Below, in pieces: positions 27,850-41,634 of a stretch of DNA of 64,000 nt; position 1 is the first letter of the stretch; every line of letters starts with the position of its first letter. The stretch comes from Octopus vulgaris (taxonomy: Eukaryota). The position numbers and the translations under genes were made by a program. The stretch covers positions 91,078,001 to 91,142,000 of the forward strand of contig OX597816.1 in assembly GCA_951406725.2 (NCBI GenBank), given 5' to 3'. The notes under the pieces were generated by a model. The model had not been told where the DNA came from. It did no database searches and was given only the letters and a program-made list of their open reading frames with translations.

Positions 27850-28450
27850 GGGTTTAAATAAAATTAAACAAAATATCTTCCTATATACAGATTTACCCCT
27901 CAGAAGTAGTGATTATTTCAGGAGGCTGCAGTATTTCAAAAGTGAGCAGTATTATTTCAATCTTCTTTATGTGCAATGTCCACAATGTATGACATAGGGG
28001 ATCATGTCCTACCATAATTCTCTGTTGTTTGTGTTATGTAACAGTTCCACTTCTTGATTTTTAAGACCTCTTTCTTCTAACTAGTTCAGCAAGCTTGACA
28101 TCCATCTCATTACTTCAATGTGAACTTTGAATAAGCTTTCTTGAAGGTCAGCAACCGACCAAATAGGCTAAAGTATTTTCTAGCTGCGAACAGAAAGCCA
28201 TGGGGATTCACCCGAGATTATGAAACCTAAAATTAGTTATAACTTTGGGAGTGCTTATTGTTTGCTGTTTATTTGAAGAAAGCAGTTAATGCAACAGTTT
28301 CATTGAGTAGTGTTGTGGTTCTTTGTTCATAGATTAAGCGTTATGTTTGACGTGAGGTGTTAAGCTGGTTTATGAATGACAGCTGTGTGTAGAAATTTAA
28401 CTAGGAGTGAAGGGTGATATCATCTCTTTAGGAATGTGAGTTGTTTGAAG
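27850..28450 (-). pseudogene. Possible highly decayed pogo/Tigger-like transposase fragment
   Basis: Weak match only: minus strand gives NNTA...ILQP, resembling the pogo PNTTSxLQP motif. No TIRs identified. Confidence 0.3.
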
Positions 28451-29849
28451 TAACAGCAAATGATTAACAAAATTATAGTTGTTGATACGTATTATAATAG
28501 TGTCGTCTCGTTTGAAACTTTCAGTTCATGAGATGAGAGGCAATGAACCCCGTGCACTGACAATAGACAGACATAAGCTTTACTGATGTTAAATGCAACG
28601 ACACTGCTTTCTCCAAAGTTCAAAAGGATGAGGAAGAGCTGGTGCAACATTGCACACTCCATTAAATCTTATTCTCCTGAAGTCGTAATCGTGATCATGG
28701 AGGAAGAAACGAGGCCGAAAGTTTTGAAATGAGTGGTTGTTTAAGAATGCTTTCGTGGCCTTTGAGATGTTGCATTGGAGATCAACAACTAGGAAGTCGG
28801 CTAAGAACAGAACGTTACGCTTCATGAGGATGCGATGCATTGTAGTACGTTTTTAAAGACTGGGATAGATGGGATAGATGTATGTAGGAAGCGAACGACT
28901 GAAGAGTTTGGTGAATATATGAACAAGTATGTAAAGCGCTGATTAAGGATAATGTAAGAACCATTACCAGTACTGGGTGGTCTTCTTGAGTTGGAGTTAC
29001 GACATGAGTTTACGCATTTGCAGATCGTACATGATAGTGAGACTAGTAGAGTGGAGAAAATGAGTTTTGGAAGAGGTTTGTTGAGTACGAACAGTATGGA
29101 GTTGGAAGTATTTCAAACATGTAAATATTAATGCTTTCTCAGTGGCTTCTTGATTTAAAAATTGTAAAATTTAGAACATATAGTAGAGACTATCACAGCC
29201 TTTTCTTATATTTCTTTTGCTGGCGTTACAATGTTTCTAAAACACGTTTCAGCTGATAGAGAGTGGAGACTTTCTTCAGGTGTTCAAGGAACCTGAAATG
29301 AAGAATCATAAGTACAGTCCATCTGACAAGTTTCTACTCGGTTTCATATCCCTAATTTCACCCACAAGGTATAGGCCATCGTCCAAGATGCTACGCACTG
29401 GAATCGAACTAGGGATCTCGTGTTTGCGAAGCGAACTTCTTAACCACTCAGCCGCACCTGCTTCAGAGCAGCTAAGCAGGCATCTGAAACCACTATCCAT
29501 GATATTTCACTTCACGTCTCTCGGACAACAGACTTTATTATGTGATCAATTGAATAAGGGGGTCTGTTATTGGAGGTTAGTGGGCTAAAGAAGTACAAGG
29601 ATTAATTGAGAGTTAATATATTCACTGAGAAAGAAATATATATGTAATTTTTTAAATGAATATGTTATTCGATGTCTTAAGGAAAAATTAGGATAGTTCT
29701 CTGTAAATCTACCCAAATGCTTCAGACAAACAAACATCTCCAAAACGAGGTGAATATGAAGACTGTTCTTCAGTGTTGTCCAACCTGTTGATTGAACAGA
29801 TTCTACTAACACACAGGGTTAGTATATTATTTCTATAAATAATATTATA

Positions 29850-30030
29850 GGCACAGGCATGGCTGTGGAGTAAGAAGCTTGATTCCCAACTACACGGTTA
29901 TGGATTCAGTCCCACTACGTGGCACCTTGGGAAAGTGTCTTCTACTGTAGCCTCGGGCCGACCATAGCCTTGCGAGTGAATTTGGTAGACGGAAACTGAA
30001 AGAAGTCCTTCGTGTATGTATGCATGTATG

Positions 30031-30087
<57 letters not shown>

Positions 30088-30272
30088 TTTTGTGTCTTGG
30101 TTTTCCTCGACCACAGTTTGACAACAGGTGTTGGTGTGATTACGTCCCTGTAACTTAGTAGTTCGGCAAAGGGGACCAAGCATAAAAAAAGTACTGGGGT
30201 CGATTCTTTCGACTACAAATTCCCCAAAGAGCTGCCCCAGTCTAATGTCTGAAACAAGTAAAAAGAATAAAA
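29850..30272 (+). mobile_element. SINE family B (internal microsatellite is (CA)n in this copy)
   Basis: Colinear with the reference copy. Confidence 0.88.
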
Positions 30273-30983
30273 AAATTATTATTGTTGAGAATGTTTGACT
30301 AGTGTGTGTATGTATGGACTGCACGTTACCACCGCCATCACTGACAAGGTATCAAACTATTTTGCCTTATTATAAAACTGACTGAGGATTCGAAAAGACG
30401 ACGGAACATCGCGATGTTCCAGTTAGAAGTTATAAATACGCGTATTTTCTATTCATTGATCTTTTCAAGATTGATTTTTGTCTGTCGCAGTCCTGATTAA
30501 TCTCCTGTTAATCAGGGGGTGCACTCAATAGAAAGAAAAAACAGTCTTCATTTAAATTTGAAAATATGATTAAATATATATGTTCTGTTTACCACACACA
30601 TGCACCACACACACACGCGCACACGCACACACACACACACACGCGCGCGCTTTCTTAAATTGATTCGGAGACCCTGTGACAGGTGATGGAAACTGTTTCC
30701 TATCTTAACAAAAAGTTCTAAAAATGACTTATCAGAAACAGCTTTTCTTTTTAAAAATGTGTTATAAAAACGACTCAGATTTAACTTTCACATACTTCTT
30801 TTCATCGAGGTTTTTTTTTTTTTCCTATTCTGAGATCCTTGCAGTTTATTTCAAAATAGTAAAATTCTAAAATCTCTTCTAATGTTTCCAGACCATCGTC
30901 ATTCTGGAGTAGCTGATGTTAGCGTGTGGTACTGCTACTTTAAAGTAGGTATGGACGGTCAGTCCGATTGGGGTAGACATTAC

Positions 30984-31203
30984 CTATTTCTTTACTACCC
31001 ACAAGGGGCTAAACACAGAGAGGAGAAACGGATTAAGTCGATTATATCGACCCCAGTGCGTAACTGATACTTATTTAATCGACCCCGAAAGGATGAAAGG
31101 TAAAATCGACCACGGTGGAATTTGAACTCAGAACGTAACGGCAGACGAAATACAGCTAAGCATTTCGCCCGGTGTGCTAACGATTCTGCCAGCTCACCGC
31201 CTT
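30984..31203 (-). mobile_element. SINE family A (tail type 1) monomer with a 16-bp TSD
   Basis: TSD ttggggtagacattac at 30968-30983 and 31204-31219. Confidence 0.95.
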
Positions 31204-31552
31204 TTGGGGTAGACATTACTGCCAGAATTTGAACCCCTCTTATGCACAAAAAATAGATATTCTTTGTTTTTTTAACAATGGAAGAAATGCAACATAATAT
31301 CAAAATGATCAAACAAATACTATAGACTAGTCATATCAAAACTAAACACCTGACTGCTGACGTACAAATGTAGAAAACAAAATTTCAAATGCACGCGCGC
31401 GCATGTGCGTGTGAGTGCGTGTGTAATAGGAAGTTTGTACCTTTTCCAATGCCTTCTTGTGAGGAATGAGACCATATCGCTGTACCAGCTTACCTCCTTC
31501 AATACTACAGTAATAACTTTCAATAATGCATGATACATACATATATACATAC

Positions 31553-31584
<32 letters not shown>

Positions 31585-33361
31585 TCATATACATATATAT
31601 ATACATACACGCACATACATATATGTATATGCATAATATAAATGTGTATGTGCTGTATGTGCAGTTTATATATTTTTGTGTATGTGTGTATATATGTATG
31701 TATATATATATATATGTATGTATATATATATATATGTATGTATATATATATGCAATTATTTATATATATATATATTGTGCTGAAACTAATAATAAAAATA
31801 CACACACACACACACACACGCATATACATATTTACACATATACAACATACACACATACACACACGCATATTATACATACTTGTTGGCACGCAAAGATAGT
31901 GAGTATATATATGAATGCAAGAGTAGAGATAATTATAGAAAGTACCAATAGAGAAGCCATTTTTGTATGAGAGAATATATGTAACTTAGCTTTATAGATC
32001 AAAAGGAGATAAACGCTACCTTTGAACTGAGGCAAACAGATGTGGGTGGTCCGGATGGAGAATTCATTAGATCAAGACAAATAGAAAATAGAAAAAAGTA
32101 TTTGAAAAGTGCCAATATCATAAGCAGCAACTACTTCAACGTTCCCAAGGAAATTTGAGTGTTATTGATTTCTTTTTTTTACTTTCATTTTATCACCATC
32201 GATATTTCAACTATAAAGAACTAATATATGTTAACACCTGTTTTCTATAGGATATTTTCACTTATGATTCCTACTTTTGTTCTGTTGTTTAACTTTTCTG
32301 AATACTTACTTTTCTCTATAGGCGACACTTTAAACTAGTCTGAAAAATTATTAATTAGCATGTATGTATATCAAGTTCAATAATTTTATAAAAGTCTTAC
32401 TGAGGATTTTGAATGTATATACAGATGAAAAGAGAAGGTGGAAAACGTAGTCACTTAGCTATTTGGTATCAAATGTGATGTAGAGAAAATATCAGAGAAA
32501 AGAAAGAGCATTTAGTGTATGCACAATCAACGTATTGTACTTTTCGGCTGGCACAGATATTAATACGTTTGTACTCAATGTTTGGAAGTTCCCGTTGTGT
32601 CTGCTATACACATTCCATTTATGTAAGGGCACAGAACATATATGAAAATATACGTTTATGTTCTTTGATACATTAGACATTTATATGTAGTTGATGCAAA
32701 TCCAGAGCCGGTGGGTTGATTTACGTCTTTAGAAACTTGGACAAACACTCGATTTATCTACGAAACCAGATTCTTATTCGAAAATAAGTTACTTATATGT
32801 TTGAAGATTTCACAATTATCTACAGAGGTGAAATAACCTTTCTTAAAACTACCTTATATACATTACATCTCCTTTAGATTGATATATCTTTATCATATAC
32901 GAACAAGAACTAACTACTAAATATGATATGAATAAGAATTATAGTACCATCTCCTACCGACTGGATTTAATAATGGTTTCTAGTGTTTGAAATATCAAAC
33001 TAGTGTCGAGATATTTACTAATATCCATAAAAAAATACCTTTAAAAAATTGGTCTATTCTTCCAGTTGAAAGGAAATCTATCCAATGTAGACGTAACTTC
33101 TATGAGATGATTCTCTACAATAAGGAGGAAAAGACGTAATGCTTTGTGAAAGTTAACATCTCAGCTATTTTGAAAATTCTTTTTATAGGAACGGTGAAGC
33201 AGTTTTTTCCTGAGTTAGGAGAGAAATCTTCTGAAGAAGAGGCATATATTTTATTCAAATCTACAGGATTCAAAACGTCTACGTTGTAAACCAGAAAGTA
33301 TAAGTATAATCGTATATTACAATACATTCCTTCGCATTTATTCACTCGCACACGTAACTGG

Positions 33362-33394
<33 letters not shown>

Positions 33395-33844
33395 TTCAAT
33401 GACTCGAACTAATGCTCGAAGAAACGAAATGTTGAAAGAAATGGATTAGTTGATTGAACTGACGCCAGTATAATACTAGAGCTTTCTTTATTTGAACCAG
33501 AAGAATATAAGTAAAGCCAATCTGATCACGATTTGAACTCAGAATGCAGTGCTCTGAGTTTGATGCTTACACTCTTACAGTCTGGTATCGCTTGTATTTC
33601 TGCTAACTCGTCACTGTGCCAAAATCAGAAATATTGATTTAGTGTGCAAACAAAAGGCCAAAATAAAGTTGGGTAGAGTCGAATAAATGTGGCAAACTCC
33701 ATATAGAGGTCTTTTACAAGTATTTATTATATTAAATCCAGAAGGATGAAGAGAAAGGTTGACGGGAGTGCAATTTAAACTCTTGGGTGATGGAGTTGTA
33801 AAAATGTGAGATATTTAAGGTGGTGCTATGCCGTTCTTAATGTT

Positions 33845-34442
33845 GATTTCAAATTTTGACACTAGGCCATCGATTTTCGACCCCAGTGTTTAACTGATAT
33901 ATATTTTATCGACCTCGAAAAGAACGTTAAGGATGGACGAAATGGTGCTAAGCATTTTGACCGGCGTGCTAACGGTTCTGCCAGCTCACCGCCTTTGCCG
34001 TTGTTGATATAGGTTTCAAATTTTGGCACAAGGCCAGCAACTTCGGGAGATGGAGTAAGTCGATTACGTCAACCCGATGACTCAACTGGTACTTATTTTT
34101 ATCAACCCCGAACGGAGGAAAAGTAAAGTCGACCTTTTTTTATGAATTTGAACTCAGAATGTAAATACCGACGAAATGCCGCTAAACATTTTGCTTGGCG
34201 TGCTAACAATTCTGCCAATCTTCCGCTGTTCACAACCTTAATATTAATTTCAAATTTTGGCACAAGACCAGGAAGGAGTGAGTAAGTCGATTGCATCTAC
34301 CTCAGTATTTTGTCGACCTCGAAAGGTGAAAGGTGAAAGGTGAAAGTCGACCTCGGCGAAATTTGAGCTCAGATCGTAAAGACAGACGAAATGTCACTAA
34401 GCATTTCACCCGGCTTGCAAACGATTCTACCAGCACGCTGCC
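33845..34442 (-). mobile_element. Three diverged tandem SINE A copies
   Basis: Three heads (ending near 33995, 34225 and 34442) separated by related short spacers. Confidence 0.8.
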
Positions 34443-34789
34443 TTTGTCGTTCTTAATATTGATTGTTTTGCAATTGGAAACAAAATAAGCTTGCCACATT
34501 ATCACGACCGTCTCTTTGCTGGCTATAAGAGAAATAAATATTGCTGATTTCCATTTTTGTTTCGAATCCTGACTGAAACTATTTAGCTTTATATCTATCA
34601 GTAATACCTTGGAATGAGTGAATCTCTGAACCTCTGTACGGTCCAAACCTACTTGAAATAGTAACCAAATTTCTCTCAAACAACACACTCACCTCGAGAA
34701 CCTAAGGTCACTTTTGATACATTACCTCTGAAATGAATGATGGGACGGTTACAGCTTAAACGATTTTCATTGTTTCAATCAAGGTTCAC

Positions 34790-34926
34790 TTAGAATTACA
34801 GGAAGGTTAAATACAGGAAGGTTAAAATATTAAAATATTAGAATTACAGGAAGGTTAAATACAGGAAGGTTAAAATATTAAAATATTAGAATTACAGGAA
34901 GGTTAAATACAGGAAGGTTAAAATAT
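34790..34926. repeat. 48-bp minisatellite, about 2.9 copies
   Basis: ttagaattacaggaaggttaaatacaggaaggttaaaatattaaaata starts at 34790, 34838 and 34886. Confidence 0.95.
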
Positions 34927-34959
34927 GTTCTCATTTCGTACCTCTAAAAATCAATAACC

Positions 34960-35420
34960 TCTTGGTTCTTTCTTCATAATTTCAGGAGCTTTAAGGCAAT
35001 ATGGTTCTCTCTTGGCTCTTGGTTCTTTGACAGGACTGCATCAACTAATTTAGAGTGCATAAAAAGTAAGAGTACATGCTCACTACCGAGAATAATAAAC
35101 GGGTCGATGGTTTCGTTGCCATTTATTCCACTGCCTTGATATTGATATTAACGTTCTTTTATTCGCTTCATCATGATCTTTTTTAGGGTTTCCGAGACTG
35201 GTAAGAGAGAAGAAACTATCCCAAAATCGGAGACTTAACTCGAATATTTGCAATAGAGTGGACAAGTGGTAGTGGTAATAAGCCTGGTCACAAATTAAGT
35301 CTAAAACTGCCTTGCCCGAAATATATTTCGGTTTATTTTCAACGTAGCCCAATTACCATATTTAGGCTGGTGAAAGTGGAAAGTATGATGCCCTTTTGAG
35401 ACATCATTAGCACTGTAAAT
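34960..35420 (-). pseudogene. Possible decayed piggyBac-like transposase fragment
   Basis: Minus ORF segments GKAVLDLI...YHYHL and DHDEANKRTLISISRQWNKW loosely resemble the piggyBac VVLxL..GYHL and DxxDQ..IxIRxxKW motifs. Confidence 0.35.
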
Positions 35421-35700
35421 AATTTCAAATAGGGATCGTACTATGTCGCATTAGTATCTTACCTTTAACAGTATAGGATTCACCACCTTAAGTAAATAAT
35501 AATTCCTTACATTGGTACAAGATTACACATGCTTAAATAAGTTAATTGAACTTAAGTCCTGGCGATTGTTTTAAAGAACCTAGAAAAAGGACAGCGGAAT
35601 TTGAACTCAGGAAGCTGTGTCAAAGATGAATATTATCACAAGGGCTATCCTGCACTCTATCGTTTCTGTCATTTCATTGCTACTTTCTTGAGTAAATATT

Positions 35701-35916
35701 CCTTTCCACTCAAGGCATAAGGCCTGAAATTTTGGGGGAGGGGGCCAGTCGATTAGATCGACCCCAGTACGCAACTGGTACTTAATTTATCGACTCCCGA
35801 AAGGATTAAAGGTAAAGTCGACCTCAGCAGAATTTGAACTCAGAACGTAAAGACAGACGTAATACAACTAAGCCTTTCGCCTGGCGTTCAAACGTTTCTG
35901 CCAGCTCACCGCCTTC
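35701..35916 (-). mobile_element. SINE family A (tail type 2) monomer with TSD
   Basis: TSD cttgagtaaatatt (35687-35700) and cttgaataaatatt (35917-35930). Confidence 0.93.
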
Positions 35917-36901
35917 CTTGAATAAATATTAGAAACATAATAGATAAGGAAGGCTTTTACAAGTATGTAGTAGTTGGCTGCTTATGTATTTATGTGTATC
36001 TAAACATATGTTCTTCATAGGTAGTCCACGGAGTTCAGAAAATACTAATCGTTGACTATAATTGTCTGTCACATAACCATTACAACCATTCAGATAATAC
36101 ATGATAAATAAATAATTAAATAGATAAATAAACAAATAGTTAAGAAACATAGTTTAGTTACTAGAATAATAGCAAATGGAAATATACGTATAAAAAATTC
36201 TTAATAAATAAGTAAATACGATCTATCCCCACACCATTGTAATGTGCATTTTGGAAAAAAACGTAAACGTCTCATATTTATCCGATAAGTCATTTAATGT
36301 AAAACACACTCATACACATACTCACATAAGAAGTACACTCACACACACATATATGTATTTAGATATCTATGGCAGTAAAGCAAACTTTTTTTAACCACAC
36401 AGCTACAATATAATGTGTATGTATGTTTGTGTGTATATATAAACCTTTATATACGTGTGTGTGTGTGTGTTTGTATGTATGTGTATGTATATATACATGT
36501 ATGTATGTATGTATATATGTATGTATGTAAGCATGTATGTATGTATGTATGTATGTATGTATGTATGTATGTATGTATGTATGTATGTATCAATAAATGT
36601 GGTAAGATATGAAAATTAAACATCATTATAGAAGCTTAGTGTGTCTTCTTTTTGTCTCAGACTAAATAAATTCAGACATATAAATAAAGTGAAAATTTTC
36701 AAATTTGGTAACTTCGTGTAATTTTTACCGCCGAATCTGATTTTATTATTCACTTATCACAGAAAAATTCTAAAAAATGTTGTAGAGGTTTAAATTTTGA
36801 TCATTTTTACTCACTCAGAAAACAGGCTTTAGAAACTGGTGTTTTCTGCATGATAGCTGTCAATCACAATATTACGGAGGCGGAAGTCAGGTCATGTAAA
36901 C

Positions 36902-37220
36902 TAGGTTTTCTCAATCATTTTTTACCTATGGACTCCTTTGATTACTATTTTATTTGGGTGGATCTCCATAACCATTCGATATTTAAAAAATCCTATTGCA
37001 TTTTTAATAATTAAATAATATTAGGATTTATATAGATATTTTGTGAATTGTGGACGTAAAATCAATTAATTGCACATAAACTGTACTGGTCTGAAGCACA
37101 ATTTTCTCATGGCCCTTAAAAAATTGCCGTGGCCTCCTCATTTACTATATTGCATCCGTTGACCTCCAAAACTCTTATACAGACCCCAGGCCCCATATAG
37201 ATTTCGGTTGAGAACCCCCG
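36902..37220. mobile_element. hAT-type MITE
   Basis: Termini taggttttctcaatc / ggttgagaacccccg; 8-bp TSD atgtaaac / atgtaaat. Confidence 0.75.
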
Positions 37221-37280
37221 ATGTAAATAGTAAAAGCATTTTTTTGCAGCAAAAATTCGAAAGTTAAAGTTTGAGATACT

Positions 37281-37649
37281 CTCTCGGACTTGCTCAAACG
37301 AATGACAATTTTCGTATATCTATTTCTTTACTACCCAAAAGGGGCTACACACAGAGAGGACAGACAAACGGATTAAGTCGATTATATTGACCCCAGTGCG
37401 TAACTGGTACTTAATTTATCGACCCCGAAAGGATGAAAGGCAAAGTCGACCTCGGCGGAATTTGAACCCAGAACGTAATGGCAGACGAAATACGGCTACC
37501 GCATTTCGCCCGGCGTGCTAACGTTTCTGCCAGCTCGCCACCTTAAATTTTCGTATATCCTTTGCCACATCAAACGTTCTATGGTTGACTCCGAGTTGAT
37601 GTGGCAAAGGATATACGAAAATTGTCATTCGTTTGAGAAAGTCCGGGAG
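37281..37649. repeat. Long palindrome (about 54-bp arms, 22-nt loop) interrupted by a SINE
   Basis: With the SINE and one TSD copy removed, ctctcggacttgctcaaacgaatgacaattttcgtatatcctttgccacatcaa pairs with 37596-37649 with two differences. Confidence 0.9.
37321..37545 (-). mobile_element. SINE family A (tail type 1) monomer with a 14-bp TSD
   Basis: TSD aattttcgtatatc at 37307-37320 and 37546-37559. Confidence 0.95.
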
Positions 37650-37747
37650 CGGAAAGAACTGTGACAGATTGACAACACTTGTAGAAACTTGCCTCACTAT
37701 GCGTCTACAATGCGGGTGTAGCAAAGTGCTAGTAATTATTTCTCAAT

Positions 37748-37946
37748 TGTTTTAATCATTTGACTGCTGCCGTTCTGGTGCACCGCCTTGAACGGTTTTA
37801 GTCGAACAAATCGACTCCAGGACTTATTTTTTTAAAAGCTTAGTACTTATACTGTTGGTCACTTTTGCGAACCATTAAGTTAAAGGGACGTGAACAAACC
37901 AGCACCAGTTGTAAAGCGGTAGTGGAGAGATAAGCACTAACACAAA

Positions 37947-38009
<63 letters not shown>

Positions 38010-38167
38010 CGGGTTTCAGTTTTCGTCTACCAAATCAACTCACAAGGCTTTGGTCAGCCAGAAGCTATAGTAGTAGACATTTTCCCAAGGCTCCACGCAG
38101 TTGGAGTGAAACCGAAACCATATGGCTGCGAAGCAAGTTTCTTACCAACACAGCCATGCTTGCGCCT
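37748..38167 (-). mobile_element. SINE family B
   Basis: Colinear in reverse with the reference copy. Confidence 0.88.
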
Positions 38168-38734
38168 ATTTATTCAGAAAGCCGAACATTTTAATTAGGT
38201 ATCAGTAACTAGGGACCGAATCCCGCCTGTAACCTGTTAAATAGCCTCGTTTTCTCTGTTTAAGGTGTTCAGCGGAGAATTTTTTTCAAAAGATTTGGAG
38301 AAAGGGTACCAGAAATCATTGCCTTAGAATTGATGTTGAAGACAAGAAAAAATAAAGTCTGCAGAGATATTTGAAAATCATATGAATAATATGACATATT
38401 ATTTAAAAGCAAGTTATGTATCTTTATATATGAAGCGGTTATGATTTAATAGAGCGTGATTTGGTGATACAGTTGTAAAAGAGTGATATAAGAAGATACT
38501 TTTATTTATTACCCACTCAAAGTTTTCTCAGAAGTACCCTGCATTAGCTGCTATTTCAAAGTTACAAAGAACTTGAAATTGTATCCAATGCATGAAAAAC
38601 AAGTGATTTCCAATTTAACTTAATAAACTGTTCCGTTGATGGGATCAACTGGAGCCCGAGTCGTTGTAATCGACGGAGTGCTAAAAAGTAATGTATACTT
38701 ATATATCTATGTGTATATACATGTATAAGTAAGT

Positions 38735-38797
<63 letters not shown>

Positions 38798-39049
38798 CAC
38801 ACACGCACACACACAAACACACACACACACACACATACACACACACACTCATGATTCCTATTCGACACTTAATATACGTATAAATGTAGCTATATACACT
38901 TTCAGACACAGCTCAGGTCTTCAACCCACATTCATCTATATGCTTCAATCAAAGTATATGTATGTAAGTGTTTGTGCGTGTATATGTGTGTTGTGTGTAT
39001 GCGTTTGTATGTTTCTAAAATTACATAGATACACACACAATATATATAC

Positions 39050-39108
<59 letters not shown>

Positions 39109-39134
39109 CATACATACATACATACATACATACA

Positions 39135-39165
<31 letters not shown>
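38735..39165. repeat. (CA)n/(TA)n/(CATA)n microsatellite block
   Basis: Read directly from the sequence. Confidence 0.95.
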
Positions 39166-40600
39166 TGTATATTTATATATATAATGTTTAGCTTACGTAG
39201 TTATATATGTGTTTATTGGAATTCATGTAGGTTTTTAAGAATTGTCTATATGGAAGGAATGCGAAATATTGCTTTTAATTTTCATATATTGGTCTCTGGT
39301 TCGTTTTGTTTTTGGTTCAATTTAAAATATGCTGCTAATTTAAAGATCATGTAACATGTTGAGATTTCAAAATGCGTCACTATCGCATCTTAACCATCCT
39401 CAGTTGAAGGTGATGAAGCTCAAGAAGGGGAAGATGTTCAGGGGGTGGCGACGATGTGACGAGACAGAACTCCTTTTCAATGGGAAACAGGTGGCTCTAA
39501 GTAAACTATGGGACTATGAATTCTTGTCAGCAAAGGATTCTTCTGATAGAATCCGACAGGCTAGACAGTAACTAAAATTTCGTATATATTGAGATTTTTT
39601 TTAATCTTTTATTTTATCCACAAAAGCAAAAAGACAACAACAACAACAACGACAAATCTGTATTAGGACAAAAACAAATAACAGGACATCAAAAGAGTAG
39701 AGGAGCTGAAAGAAAATTATAGAGAATAGTGAATTAAGAAGATGTAACTCGTAAAATTGTAAGAGCAGATGGTGAATATTGTAATAAAACTCAGAAATAA
39801 GCCTGAAGGGTTCTTCGTATGGGACTGTAAACGTTAATGTAGTTTATAACGGAAGAATGAACTTCAGTAAGTATGCAAAGAGAATTGAGTGACAACATAA
39901 AATGGCTAGAACACGTATCAAGTTCTGTCAAATCTCAAAAATACTGACCTTACTTTAATATTCTTGCACGTGACCGTTATTTTTGATCGAGGCAAAAACC
40001 ATAGAACTTTCTGGTTTGTATTAACTCAACACACTGCGTCTCTATTATTTGACTTAAGCAAATAAATAAACACAAATATTCGCCAAAATCAACATGTACG
40101 CCTGCACATATAAATACACACAAACAACCATGCGTACATATGGAGATGTTTATGCTTGCCTGCTCATACAAATAACGCAAAACACACACATACATGCCTA
40201 CATATGTAGAGCATTACATACATATATGACTACCAATCTAGGCATAGTTATAAAAACATACATTTAAAGATATTAGATTAAAAGAGCAATAAAAACAGCA
40301 CTCACACATAGCTAATCCTAATTCGCTTCATCTGTTATTCACTTCATAGAAACAGTGCAGTGAAGAGCTTTTCCAAAGTATAAGTTAGTCATTTCTGAGA
40401 GACAAAAAAATAACTTTTGTTCGGTTTTATTGGTAACAAGCCCTAAAAAATATTTTTAAAACAGGGTGGGAATTCTATAAAAGTTTGATACAGCTTATAA
40501 ACGGTCTCTCATTGGATATCAATATTTGTCAAAACGTACTTCAAATACTTATACATTTGTGTGTGTTATGTGCATTCATACACACACATACACTCGCACA

Positions 40601-40658
<58 letters not shown>

Positions 40659-41525
40659 GACACACACACACACGAACACGAATGCATGAGAAAAGTATGT
40701 CTAAACAAAGATTCTATCCATTCATTCAGCCTCGGTGAATGTAGTCACGACCAGGTGGAGTTGGTGCTCTCAAGTGGTGTTCAGCGATAACTTAGATAAC
40801 TGGGTGCTCAGACCTTGAAATGTAACACCTCTCCGTTGGCGAGGTGGAGACGGGGGCTACATTTATTGTTCATCTTTTCCTCACGTTCAGTTTAGCTCCT
40901 CTTTCTTATTTCCTAATCAAGAAGTTCTTCGGCCATATCCTCATCCTGCTAACGGCTATTATTCACTCTCTCTCTCTCTCTTTCTCTCTCTCTGTCATTT
41001 CAAATTATGTGAATATTCTCGATATTAACTGGCACAGAATCTTCTTCTGTTATCCTTTCATCTTGCAATCGTGCAAAAGATTCGATAAGTTCACTATCTT
41101 TCAGTCAGAAGATTGGGTCACAGCAGTCTTCCCAGAGGGCAGTAAGTCCTATTAGGATTATCTTCGTCGTCTCTTCAGTCTACATAACCAAAATCAGAGT
41201 GATTTCCTGGACAGCTTGTACTGATTGAAATCTTTCTCCCAGAGTATGGTAGTGGTGTTACATTGCATGTATAAGACAATGAAGAATTAATCTGTACACG
41301 TTGACTAAATCTAGCCAAACCAATGTCACCATTGTTATTTTATTCTGGGGTTGCTCGAATCATTTGACTTCTCTCTCTGCCTAAGAGCTCCAGTGTATCC
41401 CAGATATGCACAGAAGCCTGGGCCCCTACTTTTCTCGATAGTGGCGTTGATATATTCGCTTTCGCTCATGTGATGTGTGTGTGTATAATACACATGTATA
41501 GATATATGTGTGTGTATATATACGT

Positions 41526-41634
<109 letters not shown>

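Noticed and set aside
39345-39405. Minus-strand CUGAGGA...GAAA with a hairpin between
   Set aside because: Stem II does not close next to the core, and stems I and III with an NUH site could not be formed.
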